A stretch of DNA of 64,000 nt from Eledone cirrhosa (taxonomy: Eukaryota): contig OZ024756.1 of NCBI GenBank assembly GCA_964016885.1, positions 16,058,001 to 16,122,000 on the forward strand, written 5' to 3'. Each line of letters begins with the position of its first letter. The first letter of the stretch is position 1. This document shows positions 41,175 to 54,975 of the stretch, piece by piece. The position numbers were made by a program, and so were the translations under genes. Below the pieces are notes generated by a model, which did no database searches, was not told where the DNA came from, and worked only from the letters and a program-made list of their open reading frames with translations.

Positions 41175-42343
41175 ATGCTAGTGTGTAGGAAAGGCGTAGG
41201 TAGAAATTCCATTTTATGTCCCAAATGCAAAGTATGGGTGCATAAAAGATGTAGTGGGATCACAGGTAAGCTAAGAACATAGATTTTACATGTGGCCGGT
41301 GCTCTGGTGCAATAAGTAGCAGCAAGTGCCCACAAAATACTAGCTCTTTCAATTGCACAGAGGGTTCTATAGAAATAGTGGATAGCTTCTGTTACCTGGG
41401 TGACAAAATCAACAGTGGGGGAGGGTGCTCTGAAAGTACAGTAGCTTGAGTCAGAACTGGATGGAAAAAGTTCAGAGAGCTTATACCGCTATTAGCCGCT
41501 AAAGGGTTCTCCCTAAAAATGAAAGGCAGGTTATATGATGCCTGCATACGAACAGCAATGCTGCATGGCAGTGAGACCTGGGCATTGTGTGCAGAGGATA
41601 TACACAGACTAGAGAGGAACGAAGCTTGCATGCTCCGCTGGATGTGTAATAGTAATATACGTGAACGGCTAAGCATAAACGAACTAAGGAAAAAATTAGA
41701 AATAAGAGGGATCAGATGTTGTTTACTCGAGAGAAGGCTACGTTGGTATGGTCACGAGATGCGCATGAAAGACGACAGCTGTATAACAAAGTGCAGGGCA
41801 ATAAAGATAGACGGTAGCCACGGAGTAGGCAGACCCAGAAAAACCTGGGACGAGCTGATAAATTCCGACCTCACACGCTTACACCTCTCCAAGACAATGT
41901 CACTGGACCGAGACCTTTGGCGGTACTCAGTAATAGAGAAGACCCGTCTTACCTAAATACAAAGTAAAACCTACTACAGTCAGTGGGCACCTCTAACAAA
42001 ATACACCCCCGTCCCAACACCCCCACCCCATCCACACCATCCTCTTCTATGTAAAGTTATGTTGGTGCCGCGCCATCCAGGCCGAAACAAATGAGGTCGT
42101 GTAGGTGTCACGACAAAAAAACACACAGTCCACGCTGTAATGTGGCCGTGTAGGCAACACGGTAAAAACCTCCCAGACCCACACTGTAAATGTGGTTGGT
42201 GTTAGGAAGGGCATCCAACTGTAGAAAACCTGCCAGACAGTCCTATGCGAGCAAGACAATCACTCTTGCCTCAAGTGGGAAAACCCCCGTCCAAACCCAT
42301 GCAAGCGTGGAAGATGGACGTTAAACGATGATGACGATGATGA
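41175..42343 (+). mobile_element. RTE-clade LINE, 3' portion with 3' UTR and (GAT)n tail
   Basis: CRKGVGRNSILCPKCKVWVHKRCSG; KGRLYDACIRTAMLHGSETW..RRLRWYGH..GRPRKTW; in-frame stops upstream. Confidence 0.9.
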
Positions 42344-42601
42344 TAGGCATGAGATGTTAACATGAATGGACCTGTTATTTTTATCTGAAGACATTTTTTT
42401 CCAATTCCACCCCACCCGTCCCTTCAATCTATCTTATTTATCATTCTTTCTTCTGATGAAGGAGTAGCATCCGAAACACTAAGACCTTCTTCCTACTATT
42501 TCAAGTGTTAACCTAATATATACCTTCCATATACTGTGGCGATTGTGTTGTTATTTCTGTTTACCTTTTACATACATACATATATATATACACACACACA
42601 T

Positions 42602-42649
<48 letters not shown>

Positions 42650-42653
<4 letters not shown>

Positions 42654-43137
42654 GGAAATAAAAGGCCTTAAAGTCAACCTGGCAAAGACCAAAATCTTAG
42701 TGAGCAGAAAAGAAAACCAGGCTCTGATCCCCGCCAGTGAAATGGTCCTGCTCTGTATACAGGAAAGAAGTAGGTAAAAATTCAATCCAGTGTCCCTAAT
42801 GCAAACTGTGGGCACACAAGGAAAACAGCTAGGCTAGCAAAAGATACAGATTTCATATGTAGTCGCTGCACAGGGTCCGTAGGCAAAGACCCTCAGTATG
42901 CCTATGCGCACACAGCAGTGCTACATGGGAGCAAAATATGAGCATTGTGTGCCGAGCATCTATGGAGATTGGAAAGAAATGAAGCCTGCATGATCAGATG
43001 GCTGTGTAACAGTAGTGTGTGTCAATGCCATAGTGTAAATGAATTGAAAGCGAAACTGGGCATAAGAAGGATCAAATGCTGTATGCAGGAGAGAAGACTG
43101 CAGCGGTATGGACATGTGATGTGCATGAAGGATGTCT
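42650..43137 (+). mobile_element. Internally deleted RTE LINE fragment
   Basis: GLKVNLAKTKIL..; LERNEACMIRWLC..RRLQRYGHVM. Confidence 0.8.
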
Positions 43138-43566
43138 GAGTCTGTCTGTGTGTGTGTGAGAGACAGCTCACACTTATGCAGGTTTAGCTGGCCTCCTGCA
43201 AGGTATATCTCGGCGGCGGCGTCTTGGGTAATTTAATGATAGGGACCCCAGTCCTATCATTAGGACTGGGGTCCCTATCCATCTGATCATGCAGGCTTCA
43301 TTTCTTTCCCGACTGCACATCTATAGTGTAAAATTGTTGCAAACTGACCAGCTAAACTGTACAGTCGGGACTTTTAAGAAAAAATAGGTATATATCTGTG
43401 TCTATTACTTCTTTTTATTTTATAATTTGTTGTATAGCTCTGATATCAAGTCAATTTAATTATTTCGATTATTTTGTCTCTTGTATTCATAGAGCAAAAC
43501 TGGTTAAGGTTGACACCACACACACTCATATGCTTGTGAAAATATATATGTATTTTTATCTATTTA

Positions 43567-44386
43567 CTAGCAGTAAAGCCCGGCGTTGCTCGGGGTCGCT
43601 CAGTAGCTGTGTTAAAGTTACAATGTTAAGTTTCTTTTTTGGCTTAAAAACTGTAGTGTCTACTGTGCAGACTTGCATGTGGTGTTTTTGATTAATATTC
43701 CCTCAACCAACAATATGCCTTATGAAGTTAAGAAAACATAACGATAACCCGAATGTTATAACAAAAGAGGATGCTGGGGATAGAAACTGCACTGGTTATT
43801 TATTAACAAAGATCGAAAATGTAAACACTGCAACGCAGAGAAAAACATTAGCGTAACCAAATTATCAGTTATGTCTGTCTGCACGCCTATATCACCTCTC
43901 TGCACGACTGTCTGTCTGCACGCCTAACGAAATTTACAGATACATATATTTTATATAAACTTATATAATTTTTGCTTTTTTTTACGAAATATTTGCTTGT
44001 TTTAAGTAGTTTTTAAATAGACTTGTTTTCAAGTAAAAATATTGTTTTAAAAGGCTTGTTTTACGTAGTCTTTAAATCGTGTATTGTGTTAATGTCATTT
44101 TAAACGCTGAGAAAGCCAGCGTAATTTTTTTAATTTTTGCACGCAGACGCTCAATGTAAACAGAACAAAGGGAAATAACTGATCACTTACGCTCAAAAAT
44201 CGATACATTATATTCGATTTCGTCACATAGGGTGGGTCAATTTGAAATATTTTCTTTTCCGATGTCTTCGCTAGGGCTCAATGTACAAGTATAGCAATTT
44301 CGGTGCAATTCCGTGAGAGATTCTAAGAGGAGATGTGTGCCAAAAATCGATAGACAGACAGACAACCACAGTTTTATATATATAGA
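43567..44386 (-). mobile_element. Non-autonomous Helitron
   Basis: Minus strand begins TCTATATATATAAAA and ends hairpin CCCGAGCAACGCCGGG..CTAG, inserted between A and T. A second isolated hairpin+CTAG end lies at about 30994-31021 (+). Confidence 0.8.
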
Positions 44387-44611
44387 TTATGTACTTTTTA
44401 ATGCTTTCACACTTTTTGATTTTACATTCTGCATTTTTGAGTGCCATCTACTGTGTCTTCATCTTGTTGAATCCAATTGTGCCTTGGTATTTTGCAGTGA
44501 TGCTTAGTAATCCCAGCATGAACCTCTTTCTTAGCTATCTCCAATCCCCTTATTATTTTTTCTGATTGTTCGTGTGACTAAGTTTTTGTGGAGCTTATAC
44601 TCAACACTGTA

Positions 44612-44671
44612 TTTATTAAGCTCTGATGATTCCTGCCAAAAGGTGAGGATGAAACATTGTTAGTGAATAAA
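44612..44671 (+). ncRNA. Type I hammerhead ribozyme candidate
   Basis: tttattaagct-CTGATGA-ttcct gcc aaaa ggt g agga t-GAAA-cattg-TT-agtgaataaa. Confidence 0.6.
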
Positions 44672-45097
44672 GACTGTTTGAGTATGTAAGCGTTCTTTGG
44701 TTTCTTTTGCATATATATATATACATATATATACGTGTGTATGTATGTATACACATATATGTGTGTGTCTCTCATTATGATATATATATATATGGTATAT
44801 ATATATTGTTAATAATATTAACTATGCTTTGACACGTAGAGTTACGGCCCTTACCATTCTGAGTTCAAATCCCACCAAGGTTAACTTTGCCTTTCATCCT
44901 TACGGGGTCGATAAAATAAAGTACCAGTAATACACTGGATAATTGCTGGCCTTGTGCCAAAAGTAGAAACAATTATTATATATATATTTATTAAAATAAC
45001 AGATTAAAGTTTAAGCAAAGAATCGCTGCTTTCCCCCTTAACGGGATCTTCTGAAACTCTTTGGATTTTAGTCTTCAAATTTATTATTATTAATATA

Positions 45098-45172
<75 letters not shown>

Positions 45173-45449
45173 ATATATATATATTATTACTATATTGTTA
45201 TGCTTTGGGAGGGTCATGTTGCCAATAAAAAACACACGCACCAGTTGCTTACACTCCAATTTATTATAAGTTAAATTTCCGGTTGGTTGGTTGGTTCCAC
45301 AACCGGACGGTTGTTCATATATTGTCAAAGTTCTTTCGTCACACATTCTGTGACCTCTTCAGTGACTGGGGATTCTTTTCTTTGTTTTTATGCCTCTCCT
45401 TTGTTCTGTCCTATGCCATCTTCGCCATTATTACTATATATATATATAA

Positions 45450-47005
45450 AGTACGGAGGTAAGGCGCCCCTACCTGAACATAAAGTAATGAGGACGCATA
45501 ACCGGCTACAGCACAGGAACAACCGTAAGTACTGTCAACTAGGAAGCACAACCTGTAGCAAACCCACTGTAAAGCGGAAACGCCACCGTAATATCATATG
45601 GTTTCACCCCACCCCCACCCCCTACTCTCGGAGTGTGGCCTCCGACGTACCGAGGATATTCTTCGAAGCCTTGGAGAGGAATTTCCCACCTAATCATAAA
45701 TACAGAAAAATACTTAACAGGAACAATATCAAAATATCCTTCTCTACCACCCCCATTATAGCTGACATCATAGGAGCAACTAATCACAGTAAGATCAACA
45801 AAACACTACACCTTAGCACAGATACATCTAGACCTGACAACAACACTAATAACCTTAACATCCCCCTAACAGCACCAAATAGGGTTGATGGCCGCCCCGG
45901 CAGACGAAACCCACGTAACCAGGGCGTGATTGGAGAATATACCGGCGACCCACACGCGTCACCCACTGGCAGCAGAATGGGCTGCGGTGTGCGGAATAAT
46001 AATGGTACAACACCGCATGTCTTGAGAGATAACAGTACCAATGACAGAGTTAGAGACATAGATAACAACATAGATAGCAATTGTAATAGCTTTACTTCAG
46101 GTACTAGGAGCGACCGTGACGGAAAATGCAACTGTCGTGACAGGGGAGGCTGCCTTCTCAGGGGAAACTGCCTGACTGATAAGGTTATTTATAGGTGCAC
46201 CGTAACTAGCCATAGCGGAGTTAAACACTATATAGGAGCCACCTCTGGCCAGTTTAAACCGAGATTTAGAACGCATCTCCACTCTTTCAGGAACAAAAAA
46301 CTAAGGCACTCCACATCGCTTGCCAACTACGTCACCACATTGCAAGACGCCAACATAAGCTTCTCCACACACTGGGATATTGTCGGTAGGGCTGCACCCT
46401 ACAACTTCAGGGGGAAATGCCAGCTCTGCCTCATGGAGCTGTACTACATCATAAGAACACCCACAAGCTCATAAACAGCCGAGCAGAATCAGTTATTAAT
46501 TGTAAACACCGGGTACAGGCGTCGTATTTTGCCTGGGAGGCGACTGTGACATGAAAACTACGAACTGGGTCCCCCTGCCCGAACCATAACACCCCGGTGG
46601 GCAGCCAGTATGAACAAACATCTGTGAACCAAATGTACACCACAGACCATACTCGAACAAACATTAGTGAAGCAACATCCACTAAATAATAAATGTACAC
46701 CCCAGACCCGACCTGTACTGGCACTAGTGAAACAACACAGGTATAAAAATCCACATGGGACTGATTGTTTGAACACCGGCCAGAGTTACTCCCCCTGCTC
46801 TGTGATAATAAAAACACATGCACAGAGGGGGAAAATGAACGATGATGTTAATTTAACCGTGAATTCCCTCCTGGATCCTATATTGATTATTATTTTGTTT
46901 TCCATACCCTTGATAAATTCTATTCCGGGCGAAACGTACGTAGGCGCACTATTATATAAACATGTTCTAACGGTTTTAAACTCTTTGTATTCATTTCCTT
47001 TAAAT
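45450..47005 (+). mobile_element. 5'-truncated Penelope-like element with RT C-terminal region, Cys-rich linker and GIY-YIG endonuclease
   Basis: ORF 45287-46474 contains RNIIWF..PYS..NFPPNHKYRKILNRNNIKISFS, CNC-x5-C-x5-C, VIY..HYIG..FKPRF..H and CQLCL-x-E. Bounded by TA runs. Degenerate hammerhead (TTGATAA..GAAA-cgtacg-TA) at about 46910-46942. Confidence 0.9.
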
Positions 47006-47024
47006 ATATATACATATATATATA

Positions 47025-48070
47025 TTTGGTTGAGTCATAAATAATTTTCGTTTTAGTAAAATAATTCATTCATGAATAATCTAACAATGGATTAATTTCA
47101 ATCAATAGTATATTCGCCATTTGTCTGGTAGCTTGTTGGTTACTCTCAAGTAAAATTTAGTTTGTTTTGAGCTCAAGAAGTTTTTCACAAACATTTTCAC
47201 CTAATCTTGTAGAGAACGATAAAGATGGAAATCACTTGGTGCAAGGTCTGTTTAATATGATGGTTGGGATAGAACAGACCAGCCTAAATCCAATATTTTT
47301 TCCTGCGTGTTCTTGCTGAATGGTGTTTTGCATTATCATGGAGAAGCACTACATTTCTCCTGTTGATGAGTGCAGGGTCTTTTTCTTAGAAGATTTTCAT
47401 GCACACATTGCAGCTGTTGAGAGTATAAGTCTGCATTGAGTGTCTGATTGAAGTTTAAAAACTCAAAATGAATAATACCATGTTGATCCCATCATACACA
47501 CAGCATAACTTTTTGGGGTCGGCTGTAGAGATTTATCTTTGTCAATAAAATACCCATTTTTTATCACCTGTAATGATTTTCTTGAGAAATAGATAATTTC
47601 TCTGCCATGAAAGAAGACGTGCCACTATGGGTATGTTCAATGTTCCTATGTTTCCCATGTGGCGGCAGATTGGGATGTGTTGAGGTCAAGTTGTTAATTT
47701 GCAAGTACTTTTGCATGGACTGCATTCCACCAATTCTCTTAAAGCATCTTGATTGAGGTCCAATGAGTTTCCTGGTCTGGGTTCATCTCTCAATGACATA
47801 TCTCCAGAACGAAACTTTGAAACCCAGCTTCAGACTTGGTGGTCAGTAATCACAGCTAGGCCATAAACACTACACATTTTCTCAGCTGTTTCTGTAGCAT
47901 ATTTGTTATTCTTAAACTCCCACAACATTACGTGTCGAATATGCACTTTCAGTTCCTCCATTTTAGGGGCATGAAATCACATTAAATTATGATGTGCACT
48001 GTTTCACTAATGAAATAAGAATGACTGATGAAGATAATCTCTAATCAGGTATTTTCCAGTTGTGTTTAAA
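47025..48070 (-). mobile_element. Degenerate mariner (DD34D) transposase pseudogene
   Basis: Minus-strand fragments FLKKIITGDKKWVFY, LLHDNAKHHSA and QPSY*TDLAPSDFHLYRSL, with stops and frameshifts. Mariner-like end TTGGTTGAGTCATAAATAATT next to TA. Confidence 0.85.
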
Positions 48071-50739
48071 ACATTGAAACCTCATTTACAGTGAGTGCTG
48101 GGTGCTTTTTTTCGTGGCGACGACACGTCCACTTTACAGTGAGTGCTGGGTGCTTTTTTCCGTGGCGCCTACACGTCCACTTTACAGCGAGTGCTGGGTG
48201 CTTTTTTCCGTGGCACCTCCACGACCACTTTTGCAGTGGAATAATATGGACCCCAGTTATGGATCAATTGGGATGGGTTGTGATTTCGTTATGTCCTTGA
48301 GCAAGACACTTTATTTCGCGTTGCTCCTTCTGCCTGGATTTGCGACCGGCAGATAGTATTAGCAATTGGAAAGACCAAAAGAAACATTGTTTCCTCGGTC
48401 CAATTTGACGAGCTCCATCGCACTCATTAAGGAAATAAGGTCTGGGATATTGTTGACTGTCGATATATGTAGTAATAATAATTACGAAGACCAAAATCCA
48501 AAGAGGGCTCAATAAGGATTGTGTATATATATATATATATACATAAAATCTGTAGAGCAAATATTTCAGAATAGGGTGAAAGCAGAAATTCTTTGCTTAA
48601 ACTTTAATCTGTACTAATAATTGTTTCTACTTTAGGCGCAAGACCAGCAATGTTGGGGAAGGGAAAAGTCGATTAAATCGATCCCAGTGCATTACTGGTG
48701 CTTTATTTTATCGACCCCATAAGGATAAAAAGCAAAACTAACCTCAGCAGGATTTGAACTTAGATCGTAAAGGGGCATAACCCTATGCTACTAACCAAGT
48801 TGTCCGATACTCTACTGTGAATAAAACGCCAGGAGGTTATATCTGTAGTAAATAGAGCACTCAATCCATAGTACGAGCCTGGCATAGGGTTAGTTCCACA
48901 ATTTAACATACCATCCTTGAGGATTCAAGTTTAACATAACGGGTTTTCAACACGCGTCCCTAAGGATGGTTTGCTAATTTGTTGTGGAACTAACTATATA
49001 TATATTTTTTTTTGGGGGGGGGGGGGTAAATGGGATGAAAAATGGTTGGGAACCCCCGATATTCATGTCCAAAAGCCCGTTAAATTATGTACCAGTCCTA
49101 TATTGAGGGAAACAGAGATTAATTCCATCCCTACTTTCTTAGGTAAGGAAAAAGAACTTATGTGTATATTCATGGGAAATAACTCTTCATGGCAATCGTC
49201 CTTTATGTAGATTATATACAACCTACATACAACTGATAAAATGTGAGTGTGTAGCTTAGTGTTTTCGGCCCACGATCGGAGTAATGAGTGCGATTTCAGG
49301 TGGCCCATTGTGTTCTCGGGTAAGACACTTTATTTCACATAGCTCTGGTCCATTCAGCTCACAAAAACGAGTTTTACCTGCAACTTCAAAGGCCTGCTTT
49401 GTCACATGTGCCATGCTGAATCTCTGACAACTATATTAAGAGAACACGTATTTGTGCAATGTTCAGCCAGGAGCAGACTGTTCCACTAAGATGCTAAGCT
49501 ATACAACTTGTAACTAGAGCGTAGCCAAATGTAAATACACTTTAATGAAATACTGAAGTATTGACAGTGTGTCTCTCAAATGAAGAACATTTTCAATTTA
49601 ACATTCTCAGCACTCACTGTAAATGAGGTTGGTGTTAGGAAGGGCATCCAGCTGTAGAAATAAAGCCAGAATCAGTTCCCGTCCCACCCTTGCAAACAGG
49701 GAAAACGCGGACGTAAAATGAAATGAAAAAAGTATAATCAAAGCACTGAGAATGTTAAATTGAAAATTGTTGTCATTTTGGACATACACAGTCAATGCTT
49801 CAGTATTTCATTAAAGTGTATTTACATTTGGCTACGCTCTAGTTACAAGCTGTATAGCTTAGCATCTTAGTGGTCAACATTTTGCTTTTTGACCAAAGTT
49901 TGAGACCTGTTCTTCAGCAATTTCAGACCGCTGAGTTTAAAAACGGCAATACCTTTTTTTTATCAAGTTTTCACTTGGCCATCAAGGAGGATATACAAAA
50001 TATCCCTGTTTCCGGTGTTTATGGGATAGACGAGCGAAAGACAAACATGAAAATCTGATGTGTTAGGAAAGAATGGATGCCATATTTGAAATCAGCTCCT
50101 CAAAATTGGCTAAATACAACAACCTAAGTCAGCAAAAAGTGTGTTGACCAGTGTTATTCATAATACACACACACACACATAGCCATTGGCAATACACGAA
50201 AACAGCCAGAACCACACCATCATAAATATAATATACACACCACTCCAATACACATAGCACAAACAAGAAATAAAACCACTCACAAAATGCAGCTCATCGA
50301 CACAGATGTGCTGCCATACTTGCCCATCCTGATAAATATATTTTTCTTCCCTTCTAACCTCCTCTTTCCGATGAAGGACTAATGTCCGATACATCAAGAC
50401 ATTCTTTTTTCCCTTTCCCTACAAGGAGGAAACTAATAAGACTTTGTGTAAGTGTTCTGTCTTTTTTAATCTTCGACTATATCATCATCTCCGTATACAT
50501 CCATGTTTCTACACCAGCATGAGTTAGATGAGTTATCCCGTTGTGAGCGATGCCAGGCCAGGTGACCATGTCTTGCTTGTATATATATATATATGTGTGT
50601 GTGTGTCATGATGAGCATATACACATGCATACATATATATGAGAGAGACGGGAGATTGAAATGAAAATATCAATATGTAGAATTGGTTGTACAAAATTTC
50701 CAGCAAGAGAAACACACTTGAAAATATCTCTATAATAGA

Positions 50740-52062
50740 AACAACAGCACCACTAACATCAACACCACCAAGGCTAAGCAACAACAGCACCACTAACATC
50801 AACACCACCAAGGCTAAGCAACAGCAGCATCACTAACATCAACACCACCAAGGCTAAGCAACAGCAGCACCACTAACATCAACACCACCAAGGCTAAGCA
50901 ACAGGAGCACCACTAACATCAACACCACCAAGGCTAAGCAACAGGAGCACCACTAACATCAACACCACCAAGGCTAAGCAACAGGAGCACCACTAACATC
51001 AACACCACCAAGGCTAAGCAACAGGAGCACCACTAACATCAACACCACCAAGACTAAGCAACAACAGCACCACTAACATCAACACCACCAAGACTAAGCA
51101 ACAACAGCACCACTAACATCAACACCACCAAGGCTAAGCAACAACAGCACCACTAACATCAACACCACCAAGGCTAAGCAACAACAGCACCACTAACATC
51201 AACACCACCAAGGCTAAGCAACAACACCACCAAGACTAAGCAACAACACCACCAAGGCTAAGCAACAGGAGCACCACTAACATCAACACCACCAAGGCTA
51301 AGCAACAGCAGCACCACTAACATCAACACCAGCAATAGCAACAGCAGCACCACTAACATCAACACCAGCAAGGCTAAGCAACAACACCACCACTAACATC
51401 AACACCAGCAATAGCAACAGCAGCACCACTAACATCAACACCACCAAGGCTAAGCAACAGCAGCACCACTAACATCAACACCAGCAATAGCAACAGGAGC
51501 ACCACTAACAACAACACCACCAAGGCTAAGCAACAACAGCACCACTAACATCAACACCACCAAGGCTAAACAACAACAGCACCACTAACATCAACACCAC
51601 CAAGGCTAAACAACAACAGCACCACTAACATCAACACCACCAAGGCTAAGCAACAACAGCACCACTAACATCAACACCACCAAGGCTAAACAACAGCACC
51701 ACTAACATCAACACCACCAAGGCTAAACAACAGCACCACTAACATCAACACCACCAAGGCTAAACAACAGCACCACTAACATCAACACCACCAAGGCTAA
51801 ACAACAACAGCACCACTAACATCAACACCACCAGCACCACTAACATCAACACCACCAAGGCTAAGCAACAGCAGCACCACCATCACTAACAAGGCTAAGC
51901 AACAGCAGCACCACTAACATCAACACCAGCAATAGCAACAACAGCACCACTAACATCAACACCACCAAGGCTAAACAACAACAGCACCACTAACATCAAC
52001 ACCAAGGCTAAGCAACAGCAGCACCACTAACATCAACACCACCAAAGCTAAACAACAATAGC
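50740..52062. repeat. 39-bp minisatellite (>30 units, degenerating rightwards)
   Basis: Unit CAACAGCACCACTAACATCAACACCACCAAGGCTAAGCA. Confidence 0.95.
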
Positions 52063-53284
52063 AATGTATCAATAATACCGAGTCATAGTTTTTAGTTTTA
52101 CTCCAAACCTTACACTTTATTCAACAATTAAAAAAAAAAAAAAAAAAAACTTGTACTCTTAGTCATCTCTCAAAAATTCCATTATATCTTGCCTCCATCA
52201 GGAACCAGAAGAGGTTCCATTATATATTGCCTCCATTAGGAACCAGTAGAATCAACCAGAGGAAGTTCCTTTATATATTGCCTCCATCAGGAAGAAGTAG
52301 AACCAAACAGATGAAGTTTTATAATTTAGGCAATTCCCTTTGAGTTGAGACATTTTTCACCACATTGGTGTCAGTTTTGGCACCTAATATAGACAGCAGG
52401 ATATGCCAAAAATGTGTGGTCCATAAAAAAAAAAAGACGAAAAAATAATCAACGTTAATATATAAATAAGTCATCAGTAGATTTCTCTGTTTAATTCCAG
52501 ATGAGCCACCAAGATAATCGAGACATCTCTTTTGGAGTAAAGAAAAAAAAAAAAAAAAAAAAAAAGTTAGTGGCAAATTTAACAGAACTGCTTTTACCAT
52601 TCCTGAAGGAAGGAAGGTGAGAGAAAGAGATAGAAGAGGTGAAGGCGAGGGAAAGAGAGAGAAGGGGGAGGTGAAGGAGAGAGAGACAGACAGATGGCTT
52701 CACAATGTATAGTTTAGTGTTTACAGAAACATCCACCAGTCTAATAATCAACTGTAGAATATAACTTTTAAGAAGAATACACTGAAGGAGTCAGTCAATC
52801 TTATGTTGTCCTCTCCAGAACCCTACCAATGAGTTGAGGAGGATACATTGAAAGGGCTAGTCAATCAGTTATTGTCATTCCCAGACCCACATAACTGCTT
52901 GTTTTACAGCAGTGATTCACACCTAGTCCATGCTAGGGATTTTACTTTACAGCTAGATATGTGGCCAGTTAGACAGATGGACAGCTAGGAAAGGTTAAGT
53001 TAGCCATTGTTCTGTCCACAGAGATTACAACCAGTGAGTGTTAATTAAGGATTAGTGCTGGTATATGGAATGGACCTCTTTCACTTTTGACAATTACTGT
53101 TTCAATTATTTGATCAAGAGAGCAGCAGCTGTGTGGAATTAAAATGAGTTAAGTGGTTGAATATTCCACAGATGTGTGTAACCTTAATCTAATTCTCAAG
53201 GAGATTGAGTGTGTCACAAGGATGGCTCTTTTTATTACAGGTGCAGTCCATCCAACAGGTTTACCCACAAAGAATGGGACATCC

Positions 53285-54251
53285 CAAGGCTCTGGCAAGT
53301 GACACTTGGCTCAAGATACCACAGTGGGATTGAACCCGAGGCTCTGGGAACTGATACTTGGCTCAAGATACCACAGTGGGATTGAACCTGAGGCTCTGGT
53401 AACTGACACTTGGCTCAAGATTACACGCAATGGGATTGAACCTGAGGGTCTGGTAACTGACACTTGGCTCAAGATACCACAGTGGGATTGAACCCGAGGC
53501 TCTGGTAACTGACACTTGGCTCAAGATACCACAGTGGGATTGAACCTGAGGCTCTGGTAACTGACACTTGGCTCAAGATACCACACAATGGGATTGAACC
53601 TGAGGCTCTGGTAACTGATACTTGGCTCAAGATACCACAGTGGGATTGAACCTGAGGCTCTGGGGTAACTGACACTTGGCTCAAGATACCACACAGTGGG
53701 ATTGAACCTGAGGCTCTGGTAACTGACACTTGGCTCAAGATACCACAGTGGGATTGAACCCGAGGCTCTGGTAACTGACACTTGGCTCAAGATACCACAG
53801 TGGGATTGAACCCGAGGCTCTGGTAACTGACACTTGGCTCAAGATACCACAGTGGGATTGAACCCGAGGCTCTGGTAACTGACACTTGGCTCAAGATACC
53901 ACACAATGGGATTGAACCTGAGGCTCTGGTAACTGACACTTGGCTCAAGATACCACAGTGGGATTGAACCCGAGGCTCTGGTAACTGACACTTGGCTCAA
54001 GATACCACAGTGGGATTGAACCCGAGGCTCTGGTAACTGACACTTGGCTCAAGATACCACACAGTGGGATTGAACCTGAGGCTCTGGTAACTGACACTTG
54101 GCTCAAGATACCACACAGTGGGATTGAACCTGAGGCTCTGGTAACTGACACTTGGCTCAAGATACCACAGTGGGATTGAACCTGAGGCTCTGGTAACTGA
54201 CACTTGGCTCAAGATACCACACAGTGGGATTGAACCTGAGGCTCTGGTAAC
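53285..54251. repeat. 52/54-bp minisatellite (~18 units), each with a Pol III B-box
   Basis: Unit GACACTTGGCTCAAGATACCACAGTGGGATTGAACCYGAGGCTCTGGTAACT; the minus strand has GGTTCAATCCC. Confidence 0.95.
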
Positions 54252-54939
54252 CTTCAGGAGGAAGAGGAAAATTCTGGGGGAAGAAGAAAAAAAGTTACCA
54301 ATAACACCTGTTTTTTCCACTCACAAGTATCCCCTCCCTCACCTCATCCTCCCCTCCATTCCCACTAACATTGTACAGAAACCACACACAAGAACAATAG
54401 ACTTGCTATAAAAATAAAAAATAATCTTCTATATGAATAATTGTATTGTTTTGTTGTTGGGATGAAACAGTTGTTTGTTTTGGCTCTTCAATGCAACACT
54501 TGGCATCAGTCTGTATTCTTTAGTATATATATAGTATTTTTTTTATTTTTTTTATTTTTTGGGGGTAGGGGGATTTGGTTTGATTTTTTTTTCTCTTTCT
54601 GTTTCTGTGGAGGCATCAAACTTTCAGTCTACATCAAATCACTAACAAACATAGAAGAATATAAGAACAAGATTTTCTTAAATCAGTGCCAATATTAGTA
54701 TTTTTTTCTTGCGAGGCACTTTAAGACATCAGGTGACAAGTGAATAAAAAAAAGTTATTTTTTTAGGAGGAGGGGGGGGGGGGGGACGAGATTAAAATTG
54801 GCTAATAGATAGTTCTTTCTTCATTCTTCCAACAATTATAATATATTTCATATTCTCTTGAAGAATCAATGTTGTTTGTTGTTTATTTTTGTCTTGTTTT
54901 TTAATGTTTTTTCCCCTCGAGGAGGAAAAAATCTGAATC

Positions 54940-54975
<36 letters not shown>

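Noticed and set aside
42448-42490. Degenerate hammerhead-like cores (42453, 50367, 18565-18680, about 18965, about 36145, 46910)
   Set aside because: The core is mutated (CCGATGA, CAGAAGA, TTGATAA, GATA) or stem I/III is missing. Counted as relics, not ribozymes.
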